Under the pieces are notes generated by a model, which saw only the letters and a program-made list of their open reading frames with translations, was not told where the DNA came from and did not search any database. From Bacteroidales bacterium (GTDB lineage Bacteria; Bacteroidota; Bacteroidia; Bacteroidales; UBA10428): a stretch of 64,000 bases of DNA. Where the stretch lies: positions 38,163-102,162 of the forward strand of contig JAFGGU010000082.1 of NCBI GenBank assembly GCA_016930375.1, read 5' to 3'. Shown piece by piece: positions 20,193 through 29,739 of the stretch. The position numbers were made by a program, and so were the translations under genes. Position 1 is the stretch's first letter; each line of letters opens with the position of its first letter.

Positions 20193-20323
20193 CAATAAAT
20201 CGGCTACATTCTGCTATTCTTTTCACACTACTGATATTATTTGGTTTCATTTTAAATAGGAAACAAAAAGTACCTGCTGAGCGTGGCTTGCAGATAACGC
20301 TGAGCGCAATTTATGAAACAAAC

Positions 20324-20348
20324 TGAGCGTAGTTTGTAACTACGCTCA
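20324..20348 (-). terminator. Stem-loop downstream of rho
   Basis: TGAGCGTAG-tttgtaa-CTACGCTCA, 40 nt after the rho stop. It has the same GTTTGTAAC centre as the 15456 hairpin. Confidence 0.5.
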
Positions 20349-20387
20349 TGGCTACTATTTCCAAATAATGACATATGAAAACAAAGA

Positions 20388-22223
20388 CTATTCCCCATTC
20401 ATCGAAATCAGGAATTCTTCATTGGAATCGGTCTTGGCCAGCCGTTCACGCAGAAACTCCATGGCTTCTATCGAATTCATATCGGTGAGGTATTTCCTGA
20501 GCACCCATATTTTATTCAGGAAGTTCTTATCAAGCAGCAGATCTTCGCGACGTGTGCTCGATGCAGTAATATCGATGGAAGGATATATCCTGCGGTTGGA
20601 AAGTTTGCGGTCAAGTTGCAGCTCCATATTACCGGTACCCTTGAATTCCTCAAAAATCACATCGTCCATTTTCGAGCCGGTATCGGTAAGCGCTGTGGCA
20701 ATAATGGTTAGGGATCCGCCATTTTCGATATTACGGGCAGCACCGAAAAAGCGTTTGGGTTTCTGCAATGCATTGGAATCAACACCGCCGGAAAGAACCT
20801 TACCCGAAGCCGGGGCGATAGTATTGAATGCCCTGGCAAGGCGCGTAATGGAATCAAGCAGGATCACCACATCATGACCGCATTCAACCAATCTTTTAGC
20901 CTTTTCAATCACAATATTGGCAACACGCACATGTCTTTCCGCAGGCTCGTCGAACGTGGAAGATACCACTTCTCCCTTTACATTGCGGGCCATTTCAGTT
21001 ACCTCTTCAGGTCGTTCATCAATAAGCAGGATGATCAGGTAGGCTTCAGGGTGATTGGATGCTATTGCATTGGCAATGTCCTGCAGCAGAATAGTTTTAC
21101 CTGTTTTCGGCTGCGCAACAATCAAACCACGCTGACCTTTGCCGATAGGAGAAAACATATCAACCACCCGGGCTGACATATTGGACTTTTCACCTGGTTT
21201 TACCAACGTGAATTTTTCGTTCGGGAAAAGTGGAGTAAGGTAATCAAAGGGAACGCGATCGCGTATAAATTCCGGATTGCGTCCGTTGATTTCTATAACT
21301 TTGATCAGCGGAAAATATTTTTCGCCCTCTTTGGGAGGTCTGATGGTACCTGTAACGGTATCACCGGTTTTTAAGCCGAAAAGCTTGATCTGCGATTGGG
21401 AAACATAGATATCATCCGGTGAATTCAGATAATTATAGTCCGATGATCTTAAAAAGCCATATCCATCGGGCATGATTTCCAGAACGCCCTGGCAGGTAAT
21501 TATCCCATCGAATTCAGTAGGTTTATCCTGGTTGGATTTTCTTTCGAAGGGCATTCTTTGCGGAGGTTCCTGTCTGGGCTTTGATTCTGCCGTTGGCAAA
21601 GAGACGTTTTCTGTTTCTGTTTCAAGGCCGGCAATCAAATTTTCTTCCAGATCGGTTTCAGGAACTATCAAATCTTCAAATTCAGGGTTTTTTATAGGTC
21701 TGTCATCATCATTGATTACCGGAGGCTTTTCAAAATTGTCCTCCCTGGGCTTTGCGTTTTCACCATGGAACCTGACAAACTCCTTTCTCTTTCTATAATC
21801 ACCATGCTGCCGGTTGTTGTCGTAAGGCCGTTTGAAAAATCCGCCCTTTTGCCTGTCCCTGTTATTGGATGATGCAAAATCATCAGGCCGGGATTCCGGA
21901 ATCCTGACCTCAGGTACGATATTTGATTTTGGTTCGGCCGGAACATCTGAAGTAGCATCCAGTTTTGCCTCACCAGCCAGGTCAGGTTTGTCATCTTCTA
22001 TGCGCCGGGGCCGGCGACCTCTTCTTTTGTGATTGGGATTGAAGGGCATCTCGGGTCTTCCTTCTGTCTTTTTGGACTCGGTAGCCCGAATGGCCTGCTG
22101 GTCAAGGATCTTATAAATCAGATCCTGCTTCCTGAGAATATCAGCCTTTTTTACATCCAATTCCTTGGCAATCTCTTTGAGTTCAGGGAGTAGCTTTTTA
22201 TTAAGCTCTAAAATATCATACAT
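20388..22223 (-). CDS. rho: Transcription termination factor Rho with a long N-terminal insertion
   Basis: 611 aa with the N-terminal helix bundle, the CSD-like RNA-binding segment (PDGYGFLR), Walker A AQPKTGKT and the C-terminal RecA-type ATPase. About 190 extra residues (46-238) are rich in R/K/D/E/P/N. Confidence 0.95.
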   Translation of the reverse strand: MYDILELNKKLLPELKEIAKELDVKKADILRKQDLIYKILDQQAIRATESKKTEGRPEMPFNPNHKRRGRRPRRIEDDKPDLAGEAKLDATSDVPAEPKSNIVPEVRIPESRPDDFASSNNRDRQKGGFFKRPYDNNRQHGDYRKRKEFVRFHGENAKPREDNFEKPPVINDDDRPIKNPEFEDLIVPETDLEENLIAGLETETENVSLPTAESKPRQEPPQRMPFERKSNQDKPTEFDGIITCQGVLEIMPDGYGFLRSSDYNYLNSPDDIYVSQSQIKLFGLKTGDTVTGTIRPPKEGEKYFPLIKVIEINGRNPEFIRDRVPFDYLTPLFPNEKFTLVKPGEKSNMSARVVDMFSPIGKGQRGLIVAQPKTGKTILLQDIANAIASNHPEAYLIILLIDERPEEVTEMARNVKGEVVSSTFDEPAERHVRVANIVIEKAKRLVECGHDVVILLDSITRLARAFNTIAPASGKVLSGGVDSNALQKPKRFFGAARNIENGGSLTIIATALTDTGSKMDDVIFEEFKGTGNMELQLDRKLSNRRIYPSIDITASSTRREDLLLDKNFLNKIWVLRKYLTDMNSIEAMEFLRERLAKTDSNEEFLISMNGE

Positions 22224-22609
22224 ACGATTTGGAGAAATTAATTATAAAGAATATTTGTTGCATTAAACCAGCTATTACGCATACAGGGTATAGAAAATAC
22301 CTTAGAAACTATGGAATCAGGATCAATAATAGATAGATGGAATTTTTAGGGAATTCACCTGCAATAATACGTAAATCCTAATTAATACCAAAGCAAATGA
22401 TATTTTTTTTTCCGTGAACAAGTAATAATAAAATTGTTTAACTTTATTTAGCTTGTGTTGTGTGAAGGTTTGAAGCTGTTTTGGATTCTAATATATTCAT
22501 TATCTTATGCATATAATTTCAAAACAGTTCATCTCATTTGCAGAGCATTGTTGTTTTATGCTCCTTTGTTTGTCTCTACACCCGAATCCGACAAATAATC
22601 CCTATCGTT

Positions 22610-23473
22610 ATGAGACAATTGAAGATTGTCAAACAAGTGACGAATCGTGAAACACCGTCACTTGATAAATACTTGCATGAGATTGGAAAAGTTGAGATGA
22701 TTTCTTCGGAAGAAGAAGTAGAACTTGCAAGAAGGATAAGAAATGGTGATGAAAAAGCACTCGACAAGCTGATAAAAGCCAATCTCCGTTTTGTGGTATC
22801 TGTTTCAAAACAATATCAGAATCAGGGTTTGAGTCTTCCCGACCTGATCAATGAAGGAAATGTGGGTTTGATAAAAGCTGCGCAGCGGTTTGATGAAACC
22901 CGCGGTTTTAAATTCATATCCTATGCAGTTTGGTGGATCAGGCAATCCATCCTCCAGGCGCTTGCTGAACAATCCAGAATTGTACGTCTGCCATTGAATA
23001 AGATTGGATCGATTAACAGAATCAACAAAGCGTTCTCCGATCTTGAACAATTGTATGAAAGGGAACCCTCAGTCCAGGAAATCGCAGATGTCCTCGAAAT
23101 GGCCTCCGATGATGTAAAAGAGGCGCTGAAAAGTGCCGGTCGTCATGTATCCATGGATGCACCTATCAAAGAAGATGAGGACAGTACCCTGTACGACATA
23201 TTGTTAAGCAAAGACACTCCCAGTCCGGATAAAGCTCTTCTGGCAGACTCCCTCCGACGTGAAATTGAGCGGGTATTATCGATTCTCACATACCGTGAAG
23301 CCAACATTCTCAGGTTATATTTTGGCTTAAATACAAAATACCAGTATACACTTGAAGAGATTGGCCAGGAATTCAACCTTACCCGTGAACGGGTCCGGCA
23401 AATCAAGGAAAAAGCCATCAAGCGGCTGAAAAATGCCACACGCTGCAAATTATTGAAAGCTTATCTTGGTTAG
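22610..23473 (+). CDS. rpoD: Primary RNA polymerase sigma factor (sigma-70 family, Bacteroidetes SigA type)
   Basis: Regions 2-4 are recognisable ([46 protein letters not shown]). The track ORF starts at 22538, but MRQLKIVKQ at 22610 gives the typical ~287-aa protein. Confidence 0.9.
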   Translation: MRQLKIVKQVTNRETPSLDKYLHEIGKVEMISSEEEVELARRIRNGDEKALDKLIKANLRFVVSVSKQYQNQGLSLPDLINEGNVGLIKAAQRFDETRGFKFISYAVWWIRQSILQALAEQSRIVRLPLNKIGSINRINKAFSDLEQLYEREPSVQEIADVLEMASDDVKEALKSAGRHVSMDAPIKEDEDSTLYDILLSKDTPSPDKALLADSLRREIERVLSILTYREANILRLYFGLNTKYQYTLEEIGQEFNLTRERVRQIKEKAIKRLKNATRCKLLKAYLG

Positions 23474-23522
23474 TCCTGTCGGGTTTTTTATTATTTTTAC
23501 ACAAACTCTCATACCACCGGTT

Positions 23523-24206
23523 ATGACCCGATTGATAGCGCCTTCATTGCTCGCAGCCGATTTTACCTGTCTTCAGAAAGATGTTGAAATGGTGAATGCC
23601 AGTGAAGCCGACTGGTTTCATATGGATATCATGGACGGGGTTTTTGTCCCCAATATTTCATTTGGCATACCTGTGGTACAAGCTGTGAAAAGAATTGCAG
23701 CAAAACCCCTCGACGTGCATCTGATGATCGTTGAACCGGAAAAGTACCTGCACAAGTTCCGCGATGCGGGAGCCGACATTCTTACTGTGCATATTGAGGC
23801 CTGCAGACATTTGCACCGAACCATTCAAGAAATCAAAGAACTGGGTATGAAAGCGGGGGTCACACTGAATCCCCATACACCGGCTGAATCCCTGAAAGAA
23901 ATAATATCTTTTGTGGATATGGTGCTGGTGATGTCGGTAAATCCGGGATTCGGAGGACAGAAGTTCATCCCGACTTCCTACGAAAAGATCAGAAAAACAA
24001 GATCGATGATTGAAGAATCCGGTTCCAGGGCTCTGATTGAAGTGGATGGCGGTGTGGATCTGAGCAATGCCGCCGCATTATTTGAAGCCGGTGTAGATAT
24101 CCTGGTTACCGGTACAACCGTGTTCAAAGCGGAAGATCCCGCAGGGATGATTCATCAATTGAAAACGGCGGGGTTGGGGAAGATAACAGTGAACAGTGAA
24201 AAGTGA
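23523..24206 (+). CDS. rpe: Ribulose-phosphate 3-epimerase
   Basis: Motifs PSLLAADF, HMDIMDG, VNPGFGGQKF and EVDGG. The start is taken as MTRLIAPS (23523), not the upstream 23466. The last codons lie inside a heptamer repeat. Confidence 0.9.
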   Translation: MTRLIAPSLLAADFTCLQKDVEMVNASEADWFHMDIMDGVFVPNISFGIPVVQAVKRIAAKPLDVHLMIVEPEKYLHKFRDAGADILTVHIEACRHLHRTIQEIKELGMKAGVTLNPHTPAESLKEIISFVDMVLVMSVNPGFGGQKFIPTSYEKIRKTRSMIEESGSRALIEVDGGVDLSNAAALFEAGVDILVTGTTVFKAEDPAGMIHQLKTAGLGKITVNSEK

Positions 24207-24247
24207 AAAGTGAAAAGTGAAAAATGAATAGAGTGTGAGTGCGAGTC
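24185..24247. repeat. Purine-rich heptanucleotide tandem repeat (AACAGTG/AAAAGTG)n
   Basis: aacagtg aacagtg aaaagtg aaaagtg aaaagtg aaaaatg, followed by degenerate units. It spans the rpe stop codon. Confidence 0.85.
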
Positions 24248-24256
24248 TTGAGGGAC

Positions 24257-24290
24257 AAAATCAGTTTGGAGTTAACTCCAAACTGATTTT
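24257..24290. terminator. Bidirectional terminator shared by rpe and ssrA
   Basis: AAAATCAGTTTGGAGTTAACTCCAAACTGATTTT is a perfect 34-nt palindrome with A/T tracts, located between rpe (+) and the tmRNA 3' end (-). Confidence 0.8.
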
Positions 24291-24291
24291 G

Positions 24292-24685
24292 TGGAGCTGC
24301 CGGGAATCGAACCCGGGTCCAAACAAACCGCCCATAAGTTTTCTACATGCTTAGCCCGATGTTGGTTTTCGTACACAGGCTGGCACCGGGCGGCCTACCT
24401 GTATCTTATCCCCTTTTATCTCATCCGGTTGCAGGGGTGTTTACCGGACCAGCTTTACCTTTTATGTGCTCCTTGATCCGCCGCCGTAAAGCAGGGTAGC
24501 GGAGGAACATCTCGTCCCGGCACCTGGTGTCGGGATAAAGCCTGAATCTACTTAATTCGATTAGGCAGCGAGCGCGTAATTTGCTTCGCCATTTAATTGT
24601 TTGCACTGCAGTTTTACGGGATGCCATGCGAAGCCCGGCATGCTTACTTACCTGCTAGCCTGCTGTCAAAGCCAGAACAGCCCCG
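24292..24685 (-). ncRNA. ssrA: tmRNA (transfer-messenger RNA)
   Basis: The minus strand starts GGGGCTGTTCTGGCTTTGACAGC. It ends with the T-arm CCGGGTTCGATTCCCGG plus acceptor CAGCTCCA, with a G3:U70 alanine identity pair. The internal reading frame ggc gaa gca aat tac gcg ctc gct gcc taa (24590..24561) encodes GEANYALAA*. CCA is not fully encoded. Confidence 0.92.
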
Positions 24686-24690
24686 ACTAG

Positions 24691-24715
24691 GGTGTGTGTG
24701 TGGGTGTGTGTGTGA
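24691..24715. repeat. (GT)n-type microsatellite
   Basis: gggtgtgtgtgtgggtgtgtgtgtg lies immediately upstream (in tmRNA orientation) of the mature tmRNA 5' end. Confidence 0.85.
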
Positions 24716-24730
24716 TCAAAGAACGAGATG

Positions 24731-24760
24731 CAAAGTTACTGATTAATCCCGATATTGCAA
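24731..24760 (-). promoter_or_regulatory. Candidate ssrA promoter (TTG-N19-TAacTTTG)
   Basis: The minus strand reads aTTG(24760-24758)-19 nt-TAACTTTG(24738-24731), 46 nt upstream of the mature tmRNA 5' end, in the 86-bp gap after gnd. Confidence 0.4.
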
Positions 24761-24771
24761 TTATAATGCCA

Positions 24772-26226
24772 TTATGCATTGTATGTCGAAGAGGCAGTGG
24801 TGCCTCCCCTGCCGGTCCAGTTGGTATGGAAGAACTCTCCCCTCGGCCTGTCAACCCGCTCATAGGTATGGGCTCCGAAATAATCACGTTGGGCCTGTAA
24901 CAAATTGGCAGGAAGACGTGCCGACCTGTAGCCGTCAAAATAGGCCAGGGCGGAAGAAAGTGCCGGAACCGGCAGGCCGTGCAAAGCAGCTGCAGCTATT
25001 ACGCGCCGCCAGCCTCCCTGGGCTTCGGAAACCCGACTCTTGAAATAGGGATCCAGCAACAGATTCTGAAGTTCTGCATTCCTGTCAAAGGCTTCTTTTA
25101 TCTTACCCAGGAACGCGGAGCGGATAATGCAGCCGCCACGCCACATCAGCGCTATTCCACCGTAGTTCAGGTTCCATTTATAGTCTTTTGCCGCAGTCTT
25201 CATAAGCGCAAATCCCTGTGCATATGACACAATTTTCGCAGCATACAAGGCATCACGGATGTCCCCGACCAGGGCTTTTTTGTCCCCTGTAAAAGGCACC
25301 GGAGGAATATCGAGAATACCGGATGCCTTTACTCTCTCTTCTTTCAGAGAGGATAATGACCTGGCAAATACCGCTTCCACAATGAGTGTTAACGGAACGC
25401 CCAGTTCTAATGCTTCAATGCCGGTCCATTTGCCTGTTCCCTTTTGCCCTGCCGTATCCAGGATCTTTTCAACCAGGGCCTCCCCATGCCCGTCCCTGTA
25501 CCCCAAAATGTCAGCGGTAATCTCTATCAGATAGCTGTTAAGCTCTCCCTGATTCCAGGATGAGAATACCTGGTGCATTTCGTCACTGCTGAGGCCACAG
25601 AGTTCCCTGAGGATGTGGTAGGCCTCGCAAATCAGCTGCATATCTCCGTATTCAATTCCATTGTGAACCATTTTGACGAAATGGCCGGCGCCGTTTTCTC
25701 CTACCCAATCACAGCAGGGAGTGCCATCTTCAACTTTTGCGGAAATTGCCTGGAACAGCGGCTTGACATGAGGCCAGGCTTCCGGTGATCCGCCCGGCAT
25801 GATGGAGGGACCTGTTAATGCTCCTTCCTCACCACCGGATACCCCGGTACCAATATATAATAATCCCTTGCTTTCTATGTATTTTGTGCGTCTGATGGTA
25901 TCGGGGAAATAGGAATTTCCGCCGTCGATTACAATATCACCTTGTTCCAGGTGCGGCAGAAGCTGTTCAATCAGCTCATCCACGGGTTGTCCGGCTTTTA
26001 CGAGCATCATGACTTTCCGTGGTCTCTTGATTGATTTCACGAATTCATCCATGTTGTGCGCGCCAATGAATTTTTTACCCTTTCCTCTGCCTTCAAGGAA
26101 TTTGTCAACTTTTTCAACCGACCGGTTAAAAACAGCCACGGTGTATCCTTTGTTCTCCATGTTCAATACCAGGTTTTCACCCATGACAGCCAGTCCTATT
26201 AATCCAATATCAGCTAAAGTGTTCAT
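24772..26226 (-). CDS. gnd: 6-phosphogluconate dehydrogenase, decarboxylating
   Basis: 484 aa with the N-terminal NADP fold IGLIGLAVMGENLVLN and conserved Gnd motifs (GAGHFVKMVHNGIEYGDMQLI). Confidence 0.95.
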   Translation of the reverse strand: MNTLADIGLIGLAVMGENLVLNMENKGYTVAVFNRSVEKVDKFLEGRGKGKKFIGAHNMDEFVKSIKRPRKVMMLVKAGQPVDELIEQLLPHLEQGDIVIDGGNSYFPDTIRRTKYIESKGLLYIGTGVSGGEEGALTGPSIMPGGSPEAWPHVKPLFQAISAKVEDGTPCCDWVGENGAGHFVKMVHNGIEYGDMQLICEAYHILRELCGLSSDEMHQVFSSWNQGELNSYLIEITADILGYRDGHGEALVEKILDTAGQKGTGKWTGIEALELGVPLTLIVEAVFARSLSSLKEERVKASGILDIPPVPFTGDKKALVGDIRDALYAAKIVSYAQGFALMKTAAKDYKWNLNYGGIALMWRGGCIIRSAFLGKIKEAFDRNAELQNLLLDPYFKSRVSEAQGGWRRVIAAAALHGLPVPALSSALAYFDGYRSARLPANLLQAQRDYFGAHTYERVDRPRGEFFHTNWTGRGGTTASSTYNA

Positions 26227-26245
26227 ATGTAATTGATTTAATTAA

Positions 26246-27373
26246 TTATTCCTGTATGTTAAAGCCCAATTTCCGGCATATTTTCTTAATCTCAGGATCC
26301 GCATGTTCGATTACCAGGTTATAGGCATTGAATTCACGCCGCAAGGGATAGTTTCCCCTTTGCTTTTCAAAATCACTTGCCTTCTCCCGAAGTCTCTTGT
26401 CATCCTCAGTGACCCTGTAGGTGTGCAGCACAGCCCTGGAGACGATCTCTTCAAGGGTAAGACCCTGTCCATTGATCCGGATTTCAGGATTTCCGGGTTC
26501 AGGAATATCATTTGTCTCCCAGTCATCCATCTCCAGGTTGAAATGCCTGCTGAGCTCACGAATAACCATGGCAGTTCCCCTGGCTTTTCCGTCGGCCGAA
26601 TATCCGGCAATATGCGGAGTGGCCAGAGTACACAAATTCATCAACTCCGGATCAATTTCCGGCTCATTCTCCCATACGTCCAGCACCAACCCACCAAGCC
26701 TGCTTTGATGCATGGCATCTTTCAGCGAATTACCGTTTGCCACCTCTCCGCGTGAAGTATTAATTAAGATCGTGCCGGGATTTACCCGGGTCAGCAGTTC
26801 ATTGTCAATGATGTGATAGGTCCTGTCCATGCCGCTGCGATTCAAAGGAACATGAAATGTAATGATATCACACTCCCTGAGAATCCCTTCGAGTGAAATG
26901 AAACCGCAGGAACTTTCATTACGCACCCTGGGAGGATCACAAAGGTATACCTGCATTCCCAACAACTCGCCTGTGCGCACAACCCGGGTTCCGACATTGC
27001 CAACACCCACAACACCGAGCACTCTGTCCTTCAGGGAAAAACCAAATCTGTCAGAAAGCGTTACCAGCGCTGAAGCAATGTACTGGTTGACGGAAGATGC
27101 ATTGCATCCCGGAGCACTTTTCCAGACAATTCCCTGCTTTTCACACCAGTCCGTATCAATATGATCACATCCAATGGTGGCTGTACCAATGAACTGAACG
27201 CTGGTTCCCTTGAGAAGTGTTTCATTGCAACGGGTGCGCGTTCGGGTAAGCAGTGCATCGGCGTTTTTCAGAATATTGTTAGTTATCCGGTCACCGGGTA
27301 CGTACACGACTTCAGCGAAAGGTTCAAGCACGCCTCGCAAATAAGGGATCTTATCATCAGCAATGATTATCAT
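26246..27373 (-). CDS. pdxB: 4-phosphoerythronate dehydrogenase
   Basis: 375 aa, collinear with E. coli PdxB as I recall it (FIGTATIGCDHID, GVVGVGNVG, HIAGYSADGKARGT), including the PdxB-specific C-terminal dimerisation domain. Confidence 0.9.
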   Translation of the reverse strand: MIIIADDKIPYLRGVLEPFAEVVYVPGDRITNNILKNADALLTRTRTRCNETLLKGTSVQFIGTATIGCDHIDTDWCEKQGIVWKSAPGCNASSVNQYIASALVTLSDRFGFSLKDRVLGVVGVGNVGTRVVRTGELLGMQVYLCDPPRVRNESSCGFISLEGILRECDIITFHVPLNRSGMDRTYHIIDNELLTRVNPGTILINTSRGEVANGNSLKDAMHQSRLGGLVLDVWENEPEIDPELMNLCTLATPHIAGYSADGKARGTAMVIRELSRHFNLEMDDWETNDIPEPGNPEIRINGQGLTLEEIVSRAVLHTYRVTEDDKRLREKASDFEKQRGNYPLRREFNAYNLVIEHADPEIKKICRKLGFNIQE

Positions 27374-27375
27374 AC

Positions 27376-28356
27376 TCAGATTTTACCTAAAATGGTGTCC
27401 ATAATCCAATTGGTGCGCATGGCCGCTTCACAGTTGTCATTCCTTTCCCGTTTGCCCTGAAGCTCTTCAATCATGTTTTTGATCAGCCAGTACTGAATGT
27501 TTTCGGGATTGGGGGGGAGATCCTCTGTTACGCCGTCTTTACTTATTAATTTCACCGGGGTGAAGGCAAAGGTGGAAAACTCGAGGGTGGCCTGGGTGCC
27601 GAAAATTCGGATGATATCCGTATTCTGACTGTCATCCGCAGCAAAGCACCAGGTACCTGCAAGCGGCAGACCTGTTTCATAAACGATGCGGGCGTAAACC
27701 AGATCTTCTGATTTGTACAATCCTCTCCGGTTGTAATGGCTGCCTGTTACTTCACGGGCTTTTCCGAAAAACCAGTCAAACAGATCAATCTGATGGCTGG
27801 CCAGGTCATAAAAATAGCCGGCTCCGGCAATCTCAGGGATTACCCTCCATGGAAGTTCTGCGGTATTATAGTCTTCTTTTCTCGGAGGAATGTGAAAATC
27901 CACCTGAACATAAAGCAACTGACCCAACTTTCCCTGCTCAAGTATATTCCTTACATGATTAAAATAAGGAAGGAACCTCCGGTAATAGGCAACATAAAGG
28001 GGGCGGCCCGTACGTTGAGATACCTGTTGCATTTCCTGGCATTCCCTGTAGCCGGAAGCCATGGGTTTCTCCACATAAACAGCTTTGCCATTTTGCATGG
28101 CACGAATGGCATATTCGGCGTGACTGGATGGCGGCGTGGCAACATATACCGCATTGACCCCGGGATCCTTTATCAGATCATCTGCCCGGGAATACCAGGC
28201 AGGAACCTGGTGCCGGCGGGCATAATCCCTGGCCTTTTCTGCATCCCTGCGCATTACAGCAACAACGCGGGATCCATCAACCTTGCTAAAAGCAGGTCCG
28301 CTCTTCAACTCGGTCACATTACCGCAACCAATTATTCCCCAGTTGATCTGCTGCAT
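27376..28356 (-). CDS. Gfo/Idh/MocA family oxidoreductase
   Basis: N-terminal Rossmann motif WGIIGCGNV and the EKPMA motif. Only 2 nt separate it from pdxB, so the two are probably co-transcribed. Confidence 0.85.
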   Translation of the reverse strand: MQQINWGIIGCGNVTELKSGPAFSKVDGSRVVAVMRRDAEKARDYARRHQVPAWYSRADDLIKDPGVNAVYVATPPSSHAEYAIRAMQNGKAVYVEKPMASGYRECQEMQQVSQRTGRPLYVAYYRRFLPYFNHVRNILEQGKLGQLLYVQVDFHIPPRKEDYNTAELPWRVIPEIAGAGYFYDLASHQIDLFDWFFGKAREVTGSHYNRRGLYKSEDLVYARIVYETGLPLAGTWCFAADDSQNTDIIRIFGTQATLEFSTFAFTPVKLISKDGVTEDLPPNPENIQYWLIKNMIEELQGKRERNDNCEAAMRTNWIMDTILGKI

Positions 28357-28498
28357 GAAAATCGAGGCTTAAATAGCGTACTAAGATACTATGTTTTTAA
28401 ATCCCTGCAAGCTTAACAGCATGAAAACGCAGCATCAGGGATAACTCTTGCTGTACTTTTTCGTATTATCACCATCTGAAAACTTATTTCTTATCCAT

Positions 28499-29281
28499 AT
28501 GAAAAGACACGCATTCAGCCTGATCCTCTGCTGCCTTTTTACGGCATGGCTTTCCGCAAACAACACTGATCATGAAAAGCAACCGATCGGTGAATTTCTT
28601 TCAGCGGATTGGCCAACTGTTCTTGCTGCCAAGGAAAAAATAGAAAGCGCAGGTAAAGATTATATCGATGATCTGCTTTCCGTGATGAACGATTGCCGGA
28701 TTCAAAAATTACAGAATACAGGTGATCTGATCTACCCGGGTGCAGAAAAGTATTTCGGACATGGCCAGATCATCGATTATGATATTGATGACATATGCGT
28801 CAGGGCCGGATGGTTGCTCGAAGATCTCACTTTCAGGAATTTCGGTTTTACCGGGATTCATTTACCGGATAATGAACTCACCGGATTTATTCGCAATAAC
28901 TTCCCCGAGTATTATAATGATCCTGTTAACCGGGCCAGCCTGGATGAATTGACTGTGCCGGGTGAAAGGAAACTTATCCGGACACTTAGTATTGAGAAAG
29001 CCAGGAAATGGTGGAATAACGCTTCCTCAGGTTGGAACAGGCTGGATGAACTCCGGGAGGCACTGAACAGCCATGATGAGAAATGCCAGGTAAAAGCCTT
29101 GTTCTATTTGCGGAACGGCAATACCCTGTGCAAAGGACTCACTGAAAAGTATTACAAGTCGAACCTGGAAAACACCGTAAAAAAACTGTCGCGGGTGAAA
29201 CAGGGACGGGTTTCCGAACATGCGAAACTGATCATGCTTGATAGTGATTTCGACTGGTTATCCATTAAACATGTTGAATAG
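28499..29281 (+). CDS. Exported hypothetical protein
   Basis: Signal peptide MKRHAFSLILCCLFTAWLSANN when started at 28499; the track start at 28448 is a TTG. No motif I recognise. Confidence 0.6.
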   Translation: MKRHAFSLILCCLFTAWLSANNTDHEKQPIGEFLSADWPTVLAAKEKIESAGKDYIDDLLSVMNDCRIQKLQNTGDLIYPGAEKYFGHGQIIDYDIDDICVRAGWLLEDLTFRNFGFTGIHLPDNELTGFIRNNFPEYYNDPVNRASLDELTVPGERKLIRTLSIEKARKWWNNASSGWNRLDELREALNSHDEKCQVKALFYLRNGNTLCKGLTEKYYKSNLENTVKKLSRVKQGRVSEHAKLIMLDSDFDWLSIKHVE

Positions 29282-29346
29282 TTTTGATAATTCACACTCT
29301 ATGAATCTATACTTTGCTTAATTTTACATGCAAATACTATTGGTCT

Positions 29347-29736
29347 ATGAGGCAGATTATAATTTGTTTATTCCTGCTGACGTTCACTTTCAGCAGCAGC
29401 AATGCCCAGCAGAAAGAAATATTCCTGAAACAAATTGAATTTAAGCTGGACAATGTTAGTGACCAGGATTTTGAGAATGAATATTTTATGACAATCAAAC
29501 TGAATAAGGGCACTTCTTATAAATTCAAGATCACGAACCATCGCGACAATTATGCGGGAAAAGCTGTCTTTGAACTGCTGGATGCCGATAACCTGATCCT
29601 CACCAACTCAGTCGGTGATAAGTATTTCGAAACCTTTGGCTTTGTTTGCAATAAAACGGCTTTCTACGATATCCTCATCCGGTATAAGGATAAGAAACCC
29701 GGCAATTCCGTGGTGGATATATCCATGCTGCAATAA
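29347..29736 (+). CDS. Small exported hypothetical protein
   Basis: Signal peptide MRQIIICLFLLTFTFSSSNAQ when started at 29347. About 110-aa mature part, beta-rich by composition. Confidence 0.55.
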   Translation: MRQIIICLFLLTFTFSSSNAQQKEIFLKQIEFKLDNVSDQDFENEYFMTIKLNKGTSYKFKITNHRDNYAGKAVFELLDADNLILTNSVGDKYFETFGFVCNKTAFYDILIRYKDKKPGNSVVDISMLQ

Positions 29737-29739
29737 CCG

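Noticed and set aside
20368-20877. 169-aa plus-strand ORF overlapping the 3' part of rho
   Set aside because: It is a Ser/Arg-rich shadow frame of the highly conserved Rho ATPase domain.
22538-22609. N-terminal extensions of track ORFs (rpoD 22538, rpe 23466, GH16 39919, 28448, 48515, 59406, 57639)
   Set aside because: The extensions encode hydrophobic or low-complexity residues preceding well-conserved N-termini or signal peptides, or they overlap the previous gene. The internal ATG starts give canonical protein lengths.
24291-24627. Two ORFs (61 aa plus strand, 68 aa minus strand) overlapping ssrA
   Set aside because: The region is explained completely by the tmRNA gene. Only the internal 10-codon tag frame is translated, by trans-translation.
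24206-24772. Possible genomic island or prophage integrated at the tmRNA gene
   Set aside because: There is no integrase, no duplicated tmRNA 3' segment and no foreign-looking genes. ssrA is flanked by rpe and gnd with only a terminator and a short promoter region.
27736-28416. 226-aa plus-strand ORF
   Set aside because: It is entirely antisense to the Gfo/Idh/MocA oxidoreductase, which has clear Rossmann and EKP motifs. The translation is low-complexity with no recognisable domain.
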